This document shows positions 47,124-58,477 of a stretch of DNA of 64,000 bases, piece by piece; the stretch's first letter is position 1, and every line of letters begins with the position of its first letter. The notes under the pieces were generated by a model that worked only from the letters and a program-made list of their open reading frames with translations, had not been told where the DNA came from and did not search any database. This DNA is from Zancudomyces culisetae HAW-14-8 (Eukaryota > Fungi > Kickxellomycota): positions 1,364,001-1,428,000 of the forward strand of contig JBNJNM010000013.1 in the NCBI GenBank assembly GCA_052426225.1, read 5' to 3'. A program made the position numbers and the translations under genes.

Positions 47124-48956
47124 TCATATATTGTGGAATGGATGTTCAAGGGCTTCGGCTGCTGTCATTCTTTTTGTAGGATCTACTTCTAATAGACTCC
47201 TAACTAGGTCGTAAAACATCAACTTTGTTGCCATGATATCGAGTCTGTCGGTCATGCTAACATTTCCATGACCATGACCATGACCACTACCATGGCTGCA
47301 GCTATCATTCTTATCACCACTACACTTCTCGCCATCTCCGTCAGAATCATCATCAAATATTACCGAGCTCAGGGGTTTAAGTCCAGAAAAGTGCCGTTTA
47401 CCTTTCTGGTGTCTTTGTTTTTTATTTTTTTCATTTTGGTATAAAGAGTTATACCTATTTGCTTCATTAACTATTTTTTCCTTGTCAAACTTGCTCATTT
47501 CAAACATACTGTCTGGAATAGGCCCCAAAATATACTGAATCATTGACAAATGTTCATAGTCTTCGTGAGTTTGGAATACGGTTTTTCCAGTATACATTTC
47601 CACCAACATACACCCAATAGACCACATGTCACATGGAAATGACCATCCTTTTTCCATTATAACTTCTGGTGCTCTGTAATGCCTAGTAGATACTATTACT
47701 TTGTTATTATAGTTATATACACATCCATTGCTATCACATGTCTTTCCACTGCTAGAACCAGAAATATTGCTGAGATCATGTTTTGGAAGCAGTACCACCG
47801 CACTGCCAAAATCAACCATTTTGATTTTGATTTTTTTAAGTTCTTGCTCATTTTCTTTAATACAACCACTATGAGACTGGGTGTTAGTACCAATATCAAC
47901 ATCAACTTCTAGTTCCTCATCGTTATCATCATTAGCATCATCAGCACCACCATGACACTCAGTATTTACGCTGGTACCTGTTTTAATACATTCACTGGTG
48001 TTAGGTTTGCTCTTTAAATTACCACTTTCACATTTAGCACTGCATTCGTTTATGTATTCTATTAAAATGTTTTCTGGTTTTATGTCGGTGTGTATGATTT
48101 TAAGTTCTTCATGTAGATATCTAATACTTTCAAATATTTGTTTACTGATATGCTGAATCTGTCTTATGCCATATGGTTTAAACTTCCTTTTCTTCATATA
48201 CTCATAGATGCTGGGTCCATACTTCTCAAACACCATACAAATATGATTCTGCTGTTCAAATTCCCCTTTAAGTTTTACAATACTGTGTTTGTGCCTGTAG
48301 CTGTAATCTTTACTATTTTTACATGTGTATTCACTAGACTGGCTATCATTACAAACATTGTTATCAATAAGCTTAAATTTGTACCGCTCTATTAAGCGGA
48401 GAATCTTAATTTCCATTTTTGCCGCCTCCTTGTATTTGGGTATTGCTCGAACTACTTTTATCGCAACGGTATTTTTGTCAAAAGTTTTTTTGGAATTAGC
48501 AGTTACGCCATTTTCTTTCTTTTGCTCATCAAGCATATCTATACATTCTACTACTTTTCCAAAAGTTCCTTGTCCCAATAACTTTAAAACTTTGTACCTC
48601 TTTCCTATTTCTACACCTCTTTCCACTAAAATATGTCCGTTGTCATCATCTTTTATTATGTTTTTCACCTTCCTTCTCCTTTTAGTTTTGCTATCCCCGG
48701 CGCATTGTTCAATGTGTTGGTGCTCAATAGCTCTTTTTCTAGGATTGGCATTGTTGCTAGCAGCAGCAATAGTGCTACTGATGGTATTGGTTTTACTTAT
48801 GTTGTTGGTAACTCTAATATCTTTTATGCTTTTAATGCCATTGATGTTATTAATTCTATCGATGTGATCGGTACTGTTGATAATGTTTGTTACGTTTTTG
48901 CTTCTGTAATCTTCTAAAAGATATGTCTGGTACTTTTCAGTATAACTTCTTGTCAT
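47124..48956 (-). CDS. lkh1: LAMMER/CLK-family dual-specificity kinase (Lkh1/Kns1-like)
   Basis: DDDNGH, LLGQGTFGKV, AIKVVRAIPKYKEAAKME, HTDIKPENIL, DFGSA, VSTRHYRAPEV, WSFPCDMWS, FQTHEDYEHLSMIQYILG (LAMMER motif variant). Confidence 0.88.
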   Translation of the reverse strand: MTRSYTEKYQTYLLEDYRSKNVTNIINSTDHIDRINNINGIKSIKDIRVTNNISKTNTISSTIAAASNNANPRKRAIEHQHIEQCAGDSKTKRRRKVKNIIKDDDNGHILVERGVEIGKRYKVLKLLGQGTFGKVVECIDMLDEQKKENGVTANSKKTFDKNTVAIKVVRAIPKYKEAAKMEIKILRLIERYKFKLIDNNVCNDSQSSEYTCKNSKDYSYRHKHSIVKLKGEFEQQNHICMVFEKYGPSIYEYMKKRKFKPYGIRQIQHISKQIFESIRYLHEELKIIHTDIKPENILIEYINECSAKCESGNLKSKPNTSECIKTGTSVNTECHGGADDANDDNDEELEVDVDIGTNTQSHSGCIKENEQELKKIKIKMVDFGSAVVLLPKHDLSNISGSSSGKTCDSNGCVYNYNNKVIVSTRHYRAPEVIMEKGWSFPCDMWSIGCMLVEMYTGKTVFQTHEDYEHLSMIQYILGPIPDSMFEMSKFDKEKIVNEANRYNSLYQNEKNKKQRHQKGKRHFSGLKPLSSVIFDDDSDGDGEKCSGDKNDSCSHGSGHGHGHGNVSMTDRLDIMATKLMFYDLVRSLLEVDPTKRMTAAEALEHPFHNI

Positions 48957-49612
48957 AATTTCAACTCTTTTTTCCTTTATTCTGTTGAGATGTGGAGCTC
49001 TCTAGTTTTCACTACTTTTTTAATACTACCCAATTATAATATATATGATTTTTTTATATACGCTGACAATACTAATTATATGCATTATATTGAGTATCAC
49101 TTTCAAAAACTTATATCTGTATTGTCTACTTATATGAATGAGATAAAATAGTTCACACACAAATACTTAGAATATCTTGTTGTTACTACCCTTTTTTCTC
49201 TCACGCCTACCTTTGAGTTTGTGAGCTCAATAAACACCGTGAAAGTTTTATCTTTTTTGTTTTTATGAGTTAATGAGCAAAAAGCATTTCTGGTTTTCAG
49301 CTTAAATACACACTTATTTTCTATGGTTTACACTGGTTTCTGACTCTATCAACTAATTGCTGTAGTATCTGCAATGATGCTTATACTTTAGAGCATCCAA
49401 TACAGCTATAGTTGCAAATAGAAAAAAGCCCTGATGCGCGCTAATTGGTGGTATCCTTATTGTCAATAATATGTTCATTATGGACTTTTTTGCTTTTGCT
49501 CTTATTTTAGCTTCTGGTTTTTATTCATTTATTCTGCTCTTTTTTTCCATTAAATTCAAAGATATTTTTCAGCTAGTCTCAGTGAAAAAAAAAATAAACA
49601 CAACAGCAATAA

Positions 49613-49643
49613 AACACACACACACACAAACACACACACACAC
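49613..49643. repeat. (CA)n microsatellite
   Basis: Interrupted (ac)n run upstream of the LAMMER kinase. Confidence 0.8.
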
Positions 49644-52310
49644 GTATACATACGTATACACACCATATCACAGGTGCATACCAACTTTATGCACATCCAC
49701 CCTCCCACATCGTTACCAAGTATTCGTTGATTTGCTTTTTTTCCAACTTTCTTGATTGTTTTTTTTGTGCTTATTCTCCTGCTACTAAAACGTTCAGTTC
49801 GATTTTAACCAATGGCAATAGAGTAGAAAATAGAGAAAGGTTTCAATATTCCATATTCTTTGTTCGTTTTTAATTTTCTTAAAAACTCCATGTTTTTGTT
49901 ATCAATATAACATTCTTCGCTTGCATTATCATGTTTCAAATATTAGCCCTTTACTGGCACTATTTACCAAGTTTTAGTTAACCATAAACTTTTAACTATG
50001 TTTTTTCCCGTATTATGAGTATTTCATTCCTCTCTAATAACTATATCCTGTAACTTTGTATTTGGCCTATCGTATTCTGACCAAACTTTCTAGTGGCGTT
50101 CTTTCTCTCACTCACTTATTATTTCAAAAAATTATTCGACTCATGCATTTTCTGGTGTGCTAAACTTTTTTCGTGACAACCCCACGTTTTTGACATCCTA
50201 TCTTTTATAGGGAAAACTATTTTTTTTGTTGGGATTGGAGAAACGCTGCTTGTTCAAGTTATAACAATAACAACACAAATAACAATGCTGTCTATAATAA
50301 TATTGAAATACTCTATTTCACCCACATACAATTCGTCATGTTAGTAAACCCTAAAAATAATTAAAAAAAAATTACCGCCATGTGTTACCTCATTCGCTTC
50401 ACTTTTTGGTCAATATTTTCTCTTGAATACTTCGCAATTTCTTTGGTTTTTTTTTTGTTGCGAATTAATTAGTCGGAGAACTTGCAAATAACGAATGTGA
50501 ACCTAAAGCCATACCCACGAAATCTTCTCATTCCAACAATACTATACCCCATTAGATCGGCTATTAGCTTGACCTGCTTTTATGTCCATTCCTTTTTTAA
50601 TTTTTTTTTGAACTTTAAAAGGTTTTCGCCTTTTTCAGTGGTAATGGAGGTATGTTAATATTTGTTAAAGCTAGTTATCGGGTATCATCATATCAATATT
50701 TTTTGTTTTTTTCGTTAAGCATATTTTTTACCTTAATGGATAAAAGCTGGTTTTGGTAAAACTACCGGAATTTTGGATTAACTACTATTATACAAAGACC
50801 AGAGTATATATGATAATTGGAGACGTAAAAGCAAACGACAACTCGACAGCTTTACTGAGTCTACTCATATAGCTAAAACGTTCCCTTGGTAAAGCAAACA
50901 AGTGGTACTTACAGAGAGACATGCTGTCAATTTTGCATGTACCATGACTTAAAGTATAGTTTGTCCGTAGAATACTTTTTTAAGCTATTTTCCAATTCAA
51001 AAAAAAGTTGGAGTATCAGGTCAAGCCAATCTGTGATAAAGCGAAAAATAGGAAATACTCAAGAAAGATATGCATATTAGTATATATAAATTGCACTAGT
51101 TGCAAAAATATCTATACCATCATCTTAGTTCCAACAAAATTACCTCAATCTCTAATTTTTTCATTATACTTGTTTCCTATGGTTGAAAGATCATATAAAC
51201 TACATCAACATGAAATTAAAACAGCCAAGGGGTGTAAATACTTACAGCAAAGTATTCGAAATTCTATTGCCCCGTAAAAAGAGAACGTTCTATAATTTTA
51301 TATATGTACTTAACTTCTCACATAATTAATTGATGGAGAAAAAATTTTTTTGTCTTGATTTCAAACAGTTTGTAGGTTTAATTAATAATATTCAAAAGCT
51401 AAAATGCCGTAACATCCTATAAACTGTATTAGGAGCACATAAATAAGTTTTATAGACTTTATTGAAACAAAGAGAATGCGATCCTCAATGGTGTAGGCAT
51501 AAGAAAAACTCATGCCAACTTAAGTACCTCTAAGAGCAGGATCAAATAAGCTGGGTAAAATTTATTGTTTGAAATACTAGTATTATATAATCATGCAGCT
51601 ATTGTATACCCAATTAATAAGTGTAGTGCTTCAGCTCTCGTAATGCTATTAAAACTTTTTTCGATTTTTTTAAAAACAAAAATGAAGCATTCCTATACAA
51701 TATTTTGAGTTATTTAATTTGTATCTCCATAAAATGGCATATATCTTTCAGAATACTGCAAAATCTGATTTTCAAAGTCAAAGTTAGATATTAGCTAACC
51801 TATAACCTAAATAAGATGTAAATAATTAAAATTGTTGTTATGTTGATAGTCGTCTGAGATATGTATAATGGACAGAAATAAGGCTACCTTTCAATTAGTG
51901 TTAAAACCAAACTCAAAATAGTTAGATGAAAAGACTACATTTATCTTGTATCACACAGCAATCCATATTTATTTGAACTGAATCGATAAAAAAAGTTTTA
52001 TGAAAGTTCTAAATGAATAAATGCTTTCAATTCCCTTTCATTTAAAACTCAACAATAATTGATAGATATTTGCTACAATAAAACCAGAAAATTGCATAAA
52101 GAAATATAATCATTACTTTTACATTCTGTTATTGCTAATCGGTATAGTATTTTTTTTTAAGTGACTATAGATAAAATTGATTAAAACTTAATTAATACGA
52201 GCTAGGCCAAATTAAAATGATCTAAAATTCTAATAGCAAACCAGTTCGCTATGTACACAATATAGACTACTATTACACCAATTACTTGTCTCGACAAGAT
52301 AATCAATTCA

Positions 52311-52348
52311 ATATTGATATTGATATTGATATTGATATTGATATTGAT
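52311..52348. repeat. (ATATTG)n hexamer microsatellite
   Basis: atattg repeated about 6 times. Confidence 0.85.
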
Positions 52349-54300
52349 TTTAGAGAAAAAAGAAAATAGAATAGTTTTGAGCTCAAGGGAGAAAAAACAA
52401 ATTTATTATTTGACTCAAAATATTGAAAAGTATTGTATGAGTTTTTATGATTAGTTAATATTGATAATAACATATTTTGATTTTGCTTATTAATAATATT
52501 TGTATTATTCAAATCTCGCTATACGCTTATTAACCTCTTTTCTTTCAACTTGTAGGTGTAAAACATACTATCAATCTAATAAATAGCTTAATACACTTTT
52601 ACCAACTAAATGTAGTAGCCTGAAATCATATTAGATTACATTTTTTCAAGTATTTCGATTAATTTTTTACAAAAAAAATGATTATATCTCTTATGCGACT
52701 GAGAGTACTAATAAAATTAGACAGGTACAATAAACGAAGTGAATAGTTTTACCCTTCATAATTTTAGTAATTCAGTGGCAACTACCTTCACAGGTACCCT
52801 AACTATAAATTATTCGATGTTAGATTCACAATTACATAAACCAAATATACGTTCCAGAGAACATTATGGCACACAAAAAAGAAATATCATATTTAGAAAA
52901 TTGTCCATTCATTCCAATAGATTTATCTAAATTTTATCTACAACTTCTTTTACAAACAAACATATTCTCCCACACTAATTATCATGATTTTTTAATTTCA
53001 AGTGTTTTTCAAGTTGCATTAGAATGTTTAAACCAAATTGAACGAGATACAACTAGACTATGAGGATTGCATCAACAATGCAGAAAATTGTATAAAAAGT
53101 CGAATGAAAGTCAGATGTATATAATCAATTTTTTTTAAAACTGACACGCAGTATCGAGTTACTACTGTTATTATATCATATTTTATGGGGTTAAAACTTT
53201 AGTATATCAATTTAAAATGCTTATATTAACATTTGAGATTTTTATAACAAAAGGGTATTTTCAGAAAAATTATAGATAAAAGCATCCATACATTTGTTTT
53301 ACTTTAACTTTGCAATAACAAATTATCTATTAGAGACAAAAAGAAATTAGAAACGTCAAATGTGTATATTTCTAGTTCAAATTATTAATATTAACTACCA
53401 GATATAATTGTAATTAATCAGCTGAAAAATATATTTATCTAGGAATAACTTTTTAAAGCAACAAAGGAGTGGTACGCACATAAAATTGTATGTGGTAATA
53501 CATAAAATACAATGGGTTTTATTTCATGTAATTAATGTAACTTAATACTTGAAAATTATTTTTCAATACGTTTTCTGGTATTCACCAGGCAAAAACGATA
53601 ATATACTTTCTTATGGCGATACGCATGACTTTATTTATAATATGTCGGGGAATATTTAATGTGAAGCAATTGTTCATTCTTGATTATTGTTAACCTCGGT
53701 CTCTCATTTTGTTAATTGTGCAATTGGTCCATATGTTGAATTTATACATATAACTGAACAATCACATCATAAACGTGTAAACATGTATTTTTTTTGTCTA
53801 TTATAGAAAAGATAAATTATAAAAAGTTTTGAATAAAAAAACTCAAGATTTGAAATAAGAATATTAGCATTTAATCTTTCGGAGAAGCAATAATAATTTG
53901 TTCAATTAAACGTAAATTCACTCACCATTAAACGTCCAAACTAGATTATCTTCAAGCTATAAACCTCATTGTAGAAATCGGTAATTCTCAAAACCCTAGT
54001 TTCGTATTTTGTAATTTTGAATATGGTTACAACTTATTATGTTTGTTAAAATGTCAAATAAAATATAATGAATTGTGTTACACTTTCGGTTAAAAGCTTG
54101 AGTCCACCTATATGAAAATATTTTAAAACACAATACTCAAGAGAAACAAACGACTACAAATATACAAGTATTCCTATTGTAGATGTACAAGTTTTATAAT
54201 AATAGTGAGAAAAGCTAGATTGCTACACATACTTCCTGTTATTATTTTTAAATTAGTTAACCGCGAATGGTATGATATCTGAATGCAATATTTAAAAAAA

Positions 54301-54309
54301 GTATAAATA
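54301..54309 (+). promoter_or_regulatory. Probable TATA box of the repeat-protein gene
   Basis: gTATAAATA about 150 bp upstream of ATG 54451. The AT-rich context lowers specificity. Confidence 0.35.
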
Positions 54310-54450
54310 GCCACATCTCCGATATCTCACATATAGACTAATACATAATATTCCGCTTTATTGAGCTAAAAAAAATCACAACAAATATATTATTGTATTT
54401 TTAACCTTTGTACAACAGATAAACAAGTATAGCATAAAAAACCATATATA

Positions 54451-55761
54451 ATGACAGTACTTAAATTGACAATTGATAAGCTGGTTATAACCACATTGCT
54501 TTACACCGCTTGCGCAAACAGAATGTACCAAATGGGTAAGGTAAATGAGGCTCGTAGCTCTGGTATGCCACTTAAGCAACGTACAGATTATAGATATAAC
54601 GACTACGGTGATTTTGACTACAGGAACTATGACTATGGATTTCAAATGCAGTCTCCATATAATAAAAATGCAAAGTATGGAAACTGGAATCAAGTGGAAT
54701 ATAACATGTATAAACAAGAGCGACCACCACTACCTCGTGTACAAGCCATTTCTACTGAAATCAAAGTTATAGGTAAAGAAGATGAAAAGGATAGTGGAGA
54801 TGGTAAAAAGGGTGATGAAAAAGAAGAAATAAGAGAAAAAGAAGTTAAAAAAGGTGAAAAGGATAATAAAGGAGACAATAGAGGAGACAATAGAGGAGAC
54901 AATAGAGGAGACAATAGAGGAGACAATAGAGGAGACAATAGAGGAGACAATAGAGGAGAAAATAAGGGAGATAACAGGGGAGATAACAGGGGAGATAACA
55001 GGGGAGATAATAGGGGAGACAATAGGAGAGACAATTACAGATATGATTACAGAGATGATTACAGAGATGATTACAGATATGATTACAGAGATGATTACAG
55101 GGGAGATAACAGGAGAGAAACTAGAGGAGATAACAGAGGAGACAATTACAGATATGATTACAGATATGATTACAGAGATGATTACAGAGATGATTACAGA
55201 GATGATTACAGAGATGATTACAGGAGTGAGTATAGAAACAATAGAGGAGATAGAAGAGATGATTACATACACGATTACAGTGATGGGTACAGGGATGGAT
55301 ACAGAAATGGATACAGAGGTGGTTACAGAGATGAGTATAGAGATTATTTAAGAGATAGACACAGAGATGGTTACAGAGATGATTACAGAGACAATTACAG
55401 AGATGGTTACAAAAATCACGGAGATTGGCCTGGTAGTGATCATAATGAAGATTATAATAGAAGAAATGATAAAAATGATGGCCGAGATAACAAAAAAGAA
55501 GGTGGAAGGGATGGTGAAAAAGAAGGTGAAAAAGAAAGTGAAAAAAAAGATGGAAAAGGAGGAAAAGTAAAAAAAGAAGGTGAAAAAGAAGGTGAAAAAG
55601 AAGATGAAAAAGGCGGGAATCAAGGTGGGAATGAAAATGGAAATGAAAATGGGAATGAGGACGGAAAAGAAAATGAAAAAAGAAATGAAAGAAATAGTGA
55701 TGGTATTCACCTTGAGATAGGTACACCTAAGATTATAGATATTTTCAATTTACTCAAATAG
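54451..55761 (+). CDS. Secreted tandem-repeat protein (GDNR/RGD and YRDD tetrapeptide arrays)
   Basis: 436 aa: probable signal peptide ending LLYTACA, Tyr-rich N-terminal segment, K/E-rich spacers, 12-bp-unit arrays encoding (GDNR)n and (YRDD)n, and a non-repetitive C-terminus. This is the only frame open from a signal peptide through to unique C-terminal sequence. Confidence 0.8.
   Translation: MTVLKLTIDKLVITTLLYTACANRMYQMGKVNEARSSGMPLKQRTDYRYNDYGDFDYRNYDYGFQMQSPYNKNAKYGNWNQVEYNMYKQERPPLPRVQAISTEIKVIGKEDEKDSGDGKKGDEKEEIREKEVKKGEKDNKGDNRGDNRGDNRGDNRGDNRGDNRGDNRGENKGDNRGDNRGDNRGDNRGDNRRDNYRYDYRDDYRDDYRYDYRDDYRGDNRRETRGDNRGDNYRYDYRYDYRDDYRDDYRDDYRDDYRSEYRNNRGDRRDDYIHDYSDGYRDGYRNGYRGGYRDEYRDYLRDRHRDGYRDDYRDNYRDGYKNHGDWPGSDHNEDYNRRNDKNDGRDNKKEGGRDGEKEGEKESEKKDGKGGKVKKEGEKEGEKEDEKGGNQGGNENGNENGNEDGKENEKRNERNSDGIHLEIGTPKIIDIFNLLK
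54871..55410 (+). repeat. 12-bp coding minisatellite arrays
   Basis: ggagacaataga x7 (54871-54954), ggagataacagg variants, and gattacagagat/gattacagatat units. Confidence 0.95.
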
Positions 55762-56906
55762 ACAAATATTCGATGATTATACATGGTATTGTAACATGAC
55801 AATAATTCCATTTTTATCGTTTATTACAATGAACCAACTAAAGTTATCTGTTCCGATGTTTGTAATAAACTATTCAATCTTTAATTTTTCTAACTTGTCA
55901 ACTTAATAACTGTCATATATCCTTGGTTCATAAACAGACTTCTTATAGCACTTATACTTTCTACTGAAACTTATGTACATTCTCCAAAGTCATTATATTC
56001 TAAAAAGTTGTATCCTAGATGTACTTCGGCTTTTCAAGCTCTTGATCTCCTAAGTACCTGTAAAATATACAATATAGCTTTAATTGTTTAAAGATTTAAA
56101 AAACCAGAATCTCAAGATTGAATTTTGTTTTAACTTTTGGTCCTGAGCCGTATTTATGAAAATCACAAAGTCTAACATTCTTGTTTATCTGGTAGCCTGT
56201 ATTTATATGTTTTAAAAATTGTACTTTTTTTTAGCTGTGGTTTGTATGAGGATTAAATACACTATACAATTTATTTATAGAATACTATGAAGTCTACAAC
56301 GGCTTTATACAATAATTCATGTTTTGCCAAATTAGCTCCAAAACTTAATTTTTCAAGCATTATTGGTCAATAACAATCTATTGAAGTATACTGCGGCAAT
56401 AAAAATCAATAATTTATACATATTAATTGTAGTTATAAATCAGTATTGTCGTGTTTATCAGGATGTCTTCAGAACGCAAAGAAATCAAAGAAACATATTA
56501 ATTATTTCAATTACCTTTAACTAAAAGTAAACAAGAACTGTCAATTGAAATAAAAATCAAAATAATTATTAGCTAGTAAATCAACCACAAAGAACAAACA
56601 GAATATGAAAAAAATTGCAAGAACTAAACAAAAGCAAGTACACAGTAAATTAATAATGTATAATTGGTTAATTAAAATGAGCTATTAGTAGTTGTATTGA
56701 AATATTATAATCAAACAAAGGAAGAAACATGAGGATTCCTTAGCTCGTTTAATAAAGTTAAGAAAAAAATAAATATAAATAAATAGTGATTGTGAAATAA
56801 AATTCAGGTTTAGGACACATAAGACGTATATTTAGAATAGTGCTACTGGTAGTAAAAGAATATTTAGTATTTAAATAAATGAAACTATTAAAATCTAAAT
56901 TCAACA

Positions 56907-57112
56907 TGTCAGGGTTTATGATTAAACTCAGAACAGCATTGATTCAGACCAATAGTGATGAGGGCTGATACTCACCAGGTAGCGAGCATTTGGGTGCAAC
57001 TATCATGAAAGCCAATTCAATTGAATCACGTGACCACTTTGTGGATATCACGAATCACGTGTTTTTACAAATGAGTATATTACAAAGGACGGTGTTACAC
57101 CCTACCCTTTCC
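56907..57112 (-). mobile_element. Possible LTR-retrotransposon remnant (PPT plus 3' LTR)
   Basis: On the minus strand a purine tract GGAAAGGGTAGGG is followed directly by TGTAACACC... (57099), and the GC-richer segment ends in ...CCCTGACA (56907). No TSD or internal ORF was found. Confidence 0.3.
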
Positions 57113-57924
57113 GACAGTAGTAAAAAACCACAAAGTAATAGTAGATAAATATAAATAAATAAATTAAATAGAATACATAATATTTTATAATATATTCTAT
57201 TACATTATAAATGATATAAGTAAGTCAAACCAATAAAACTGAGGACTTTATTAGTTGATAAAAAGAATATAAACAACATTAAACTATATTTTTAATGATA
57301 AATCACAGTATTAGTGCGCCATAGAATTAAAAAGTTTCTAAGATCTAATTACTATACAGTGACTCAAAACATCCTTCATATGCTTTTAAATTCAATCTTT
57401 ATCCAGGGTTATCCTTGTCAATACTTGACAGAAATTGTAGTTTTTTTCTATATTAGAAAGCTATACTTAATTCAATATAATATTAAAATATAATATCTAA
57501 ATATCAGCCAATAGTAAATTTACTTTGTTTAAGCATCAACAAAACATTCAAATTATGATTTGACTAGAGTTGATAATATAATAAATTGTAAAATTATAAA
57601 AAATATAGCTATTGCCAGTTTAAAATTTTATCATAATAATTAATATGAGATAAAATAATGCTAGTGTTAAGAGCAACAAGTTATCTAGATTCATTATATT
57701 ATAAATGAGCCCAAAGATCTAAATATACCAAATTTTAATTGCAAATATACAGTGAGTGTCAAAAATGTCTCAAAATAATGATAATAATTATCAAAGTGTA
57801 ATATCTCGCTCTATAATATCCAGAATTTTATGTTTTATATATTATATAATCCACGAGTGTTAAAATATAAATTTATTACAATTTGGTTGAATGTAAATGA
57901 AAACCATAAGTAATTGTACGAAGA

Positions 57925-58101
57925 GGAAAAATACGCTTGATGTGTGTATGCCATCTTTATTTCATTTCGAAAATACTCACCAAATTCTAGAATAGAATTT
58001 GATTCGCTAATTTTATGCTAATAAAATGAGTAAAATTTTGAAAAAATTTTTTGCATGAAAATTTTTCACAAATACTTATCAATCTGACTATTGTACTTGT
58101 T
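57925..58101. repeat. DIRS 3' inverted terminal repeat
   Basis: Reverse complement of 62525-62701, with about 3 mismatches in 177 bp by eye. Confidence 0.95.
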
Positions 58102-58379
58102 TTGAAATTCTTCACCATGCGCAGTGTGCTATGTTTTGGACTACTTCAGTGCTACTGTTTGACTACAGCAGTACGCGCGTAGTTCACGCGTAGAACACTG
58201 CTTATCAATTATTAGCACTCATAGTAATAAATAGTAATAGTAAATAATATAAATAATAGTAATTAATGGGCGAATAATTGGAAATCGAGATTTAGATTCC
58301 AATCTATCCAATCTGATTCCTAATCTTAAATCGAGTAATCGTTTTTTGAGCAGGTGTATATTGGGAGTGGATGGGTGGG

Positions 58380-58477
58380 ATCAAGCGTATTTTTCCTCTT
58401 CGTACAATTACTTATGGTTTTCATTTACATTCAACCAAATTGTAATTGTACTTCAATCGGAAAAATACGCTTGATGT
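58380..58477. repeat. DIRS internal complementary region (ICR)
   Basis: 58380-58446 is the reverse complement of 57875-57941 and 58445-58477 is the reverse complement of 62683-62715. It abuts the YR stop codon. Confidence 0.95.

Noticed and set aside
54871-55230. CRISPR-like array
   Set aside because: Units are contiguous 12-mers with no unique spacers, lie inside a eukaryotic CDS, and there are no cas genes.
54690-55726. Alternative-frame and antisense repeat ORFs (LLSP, VIIS, EETI, NHLC repeats)
   Set aside because: By-products of 12-bp stop-free tandem repeats. Only the 54451 frame has a signal peptide and unique flanks.
56950-57015. SECIS-like ATGA-N11-AAA on the minus strand; hammerhead or C/D-box resemblance on the plus strand
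   Set aside because: The 3' side lacks a correctly placed GA quartet, no TGA-containing host gene is upstream, and the hammerhead core is incomplete.
57355-57372. Second TA-CAGTG Tc1-like terminus (tacagtgactcaaaac)
   Set aside because: No matching inverted partner or transposase sequence could be tied to it.
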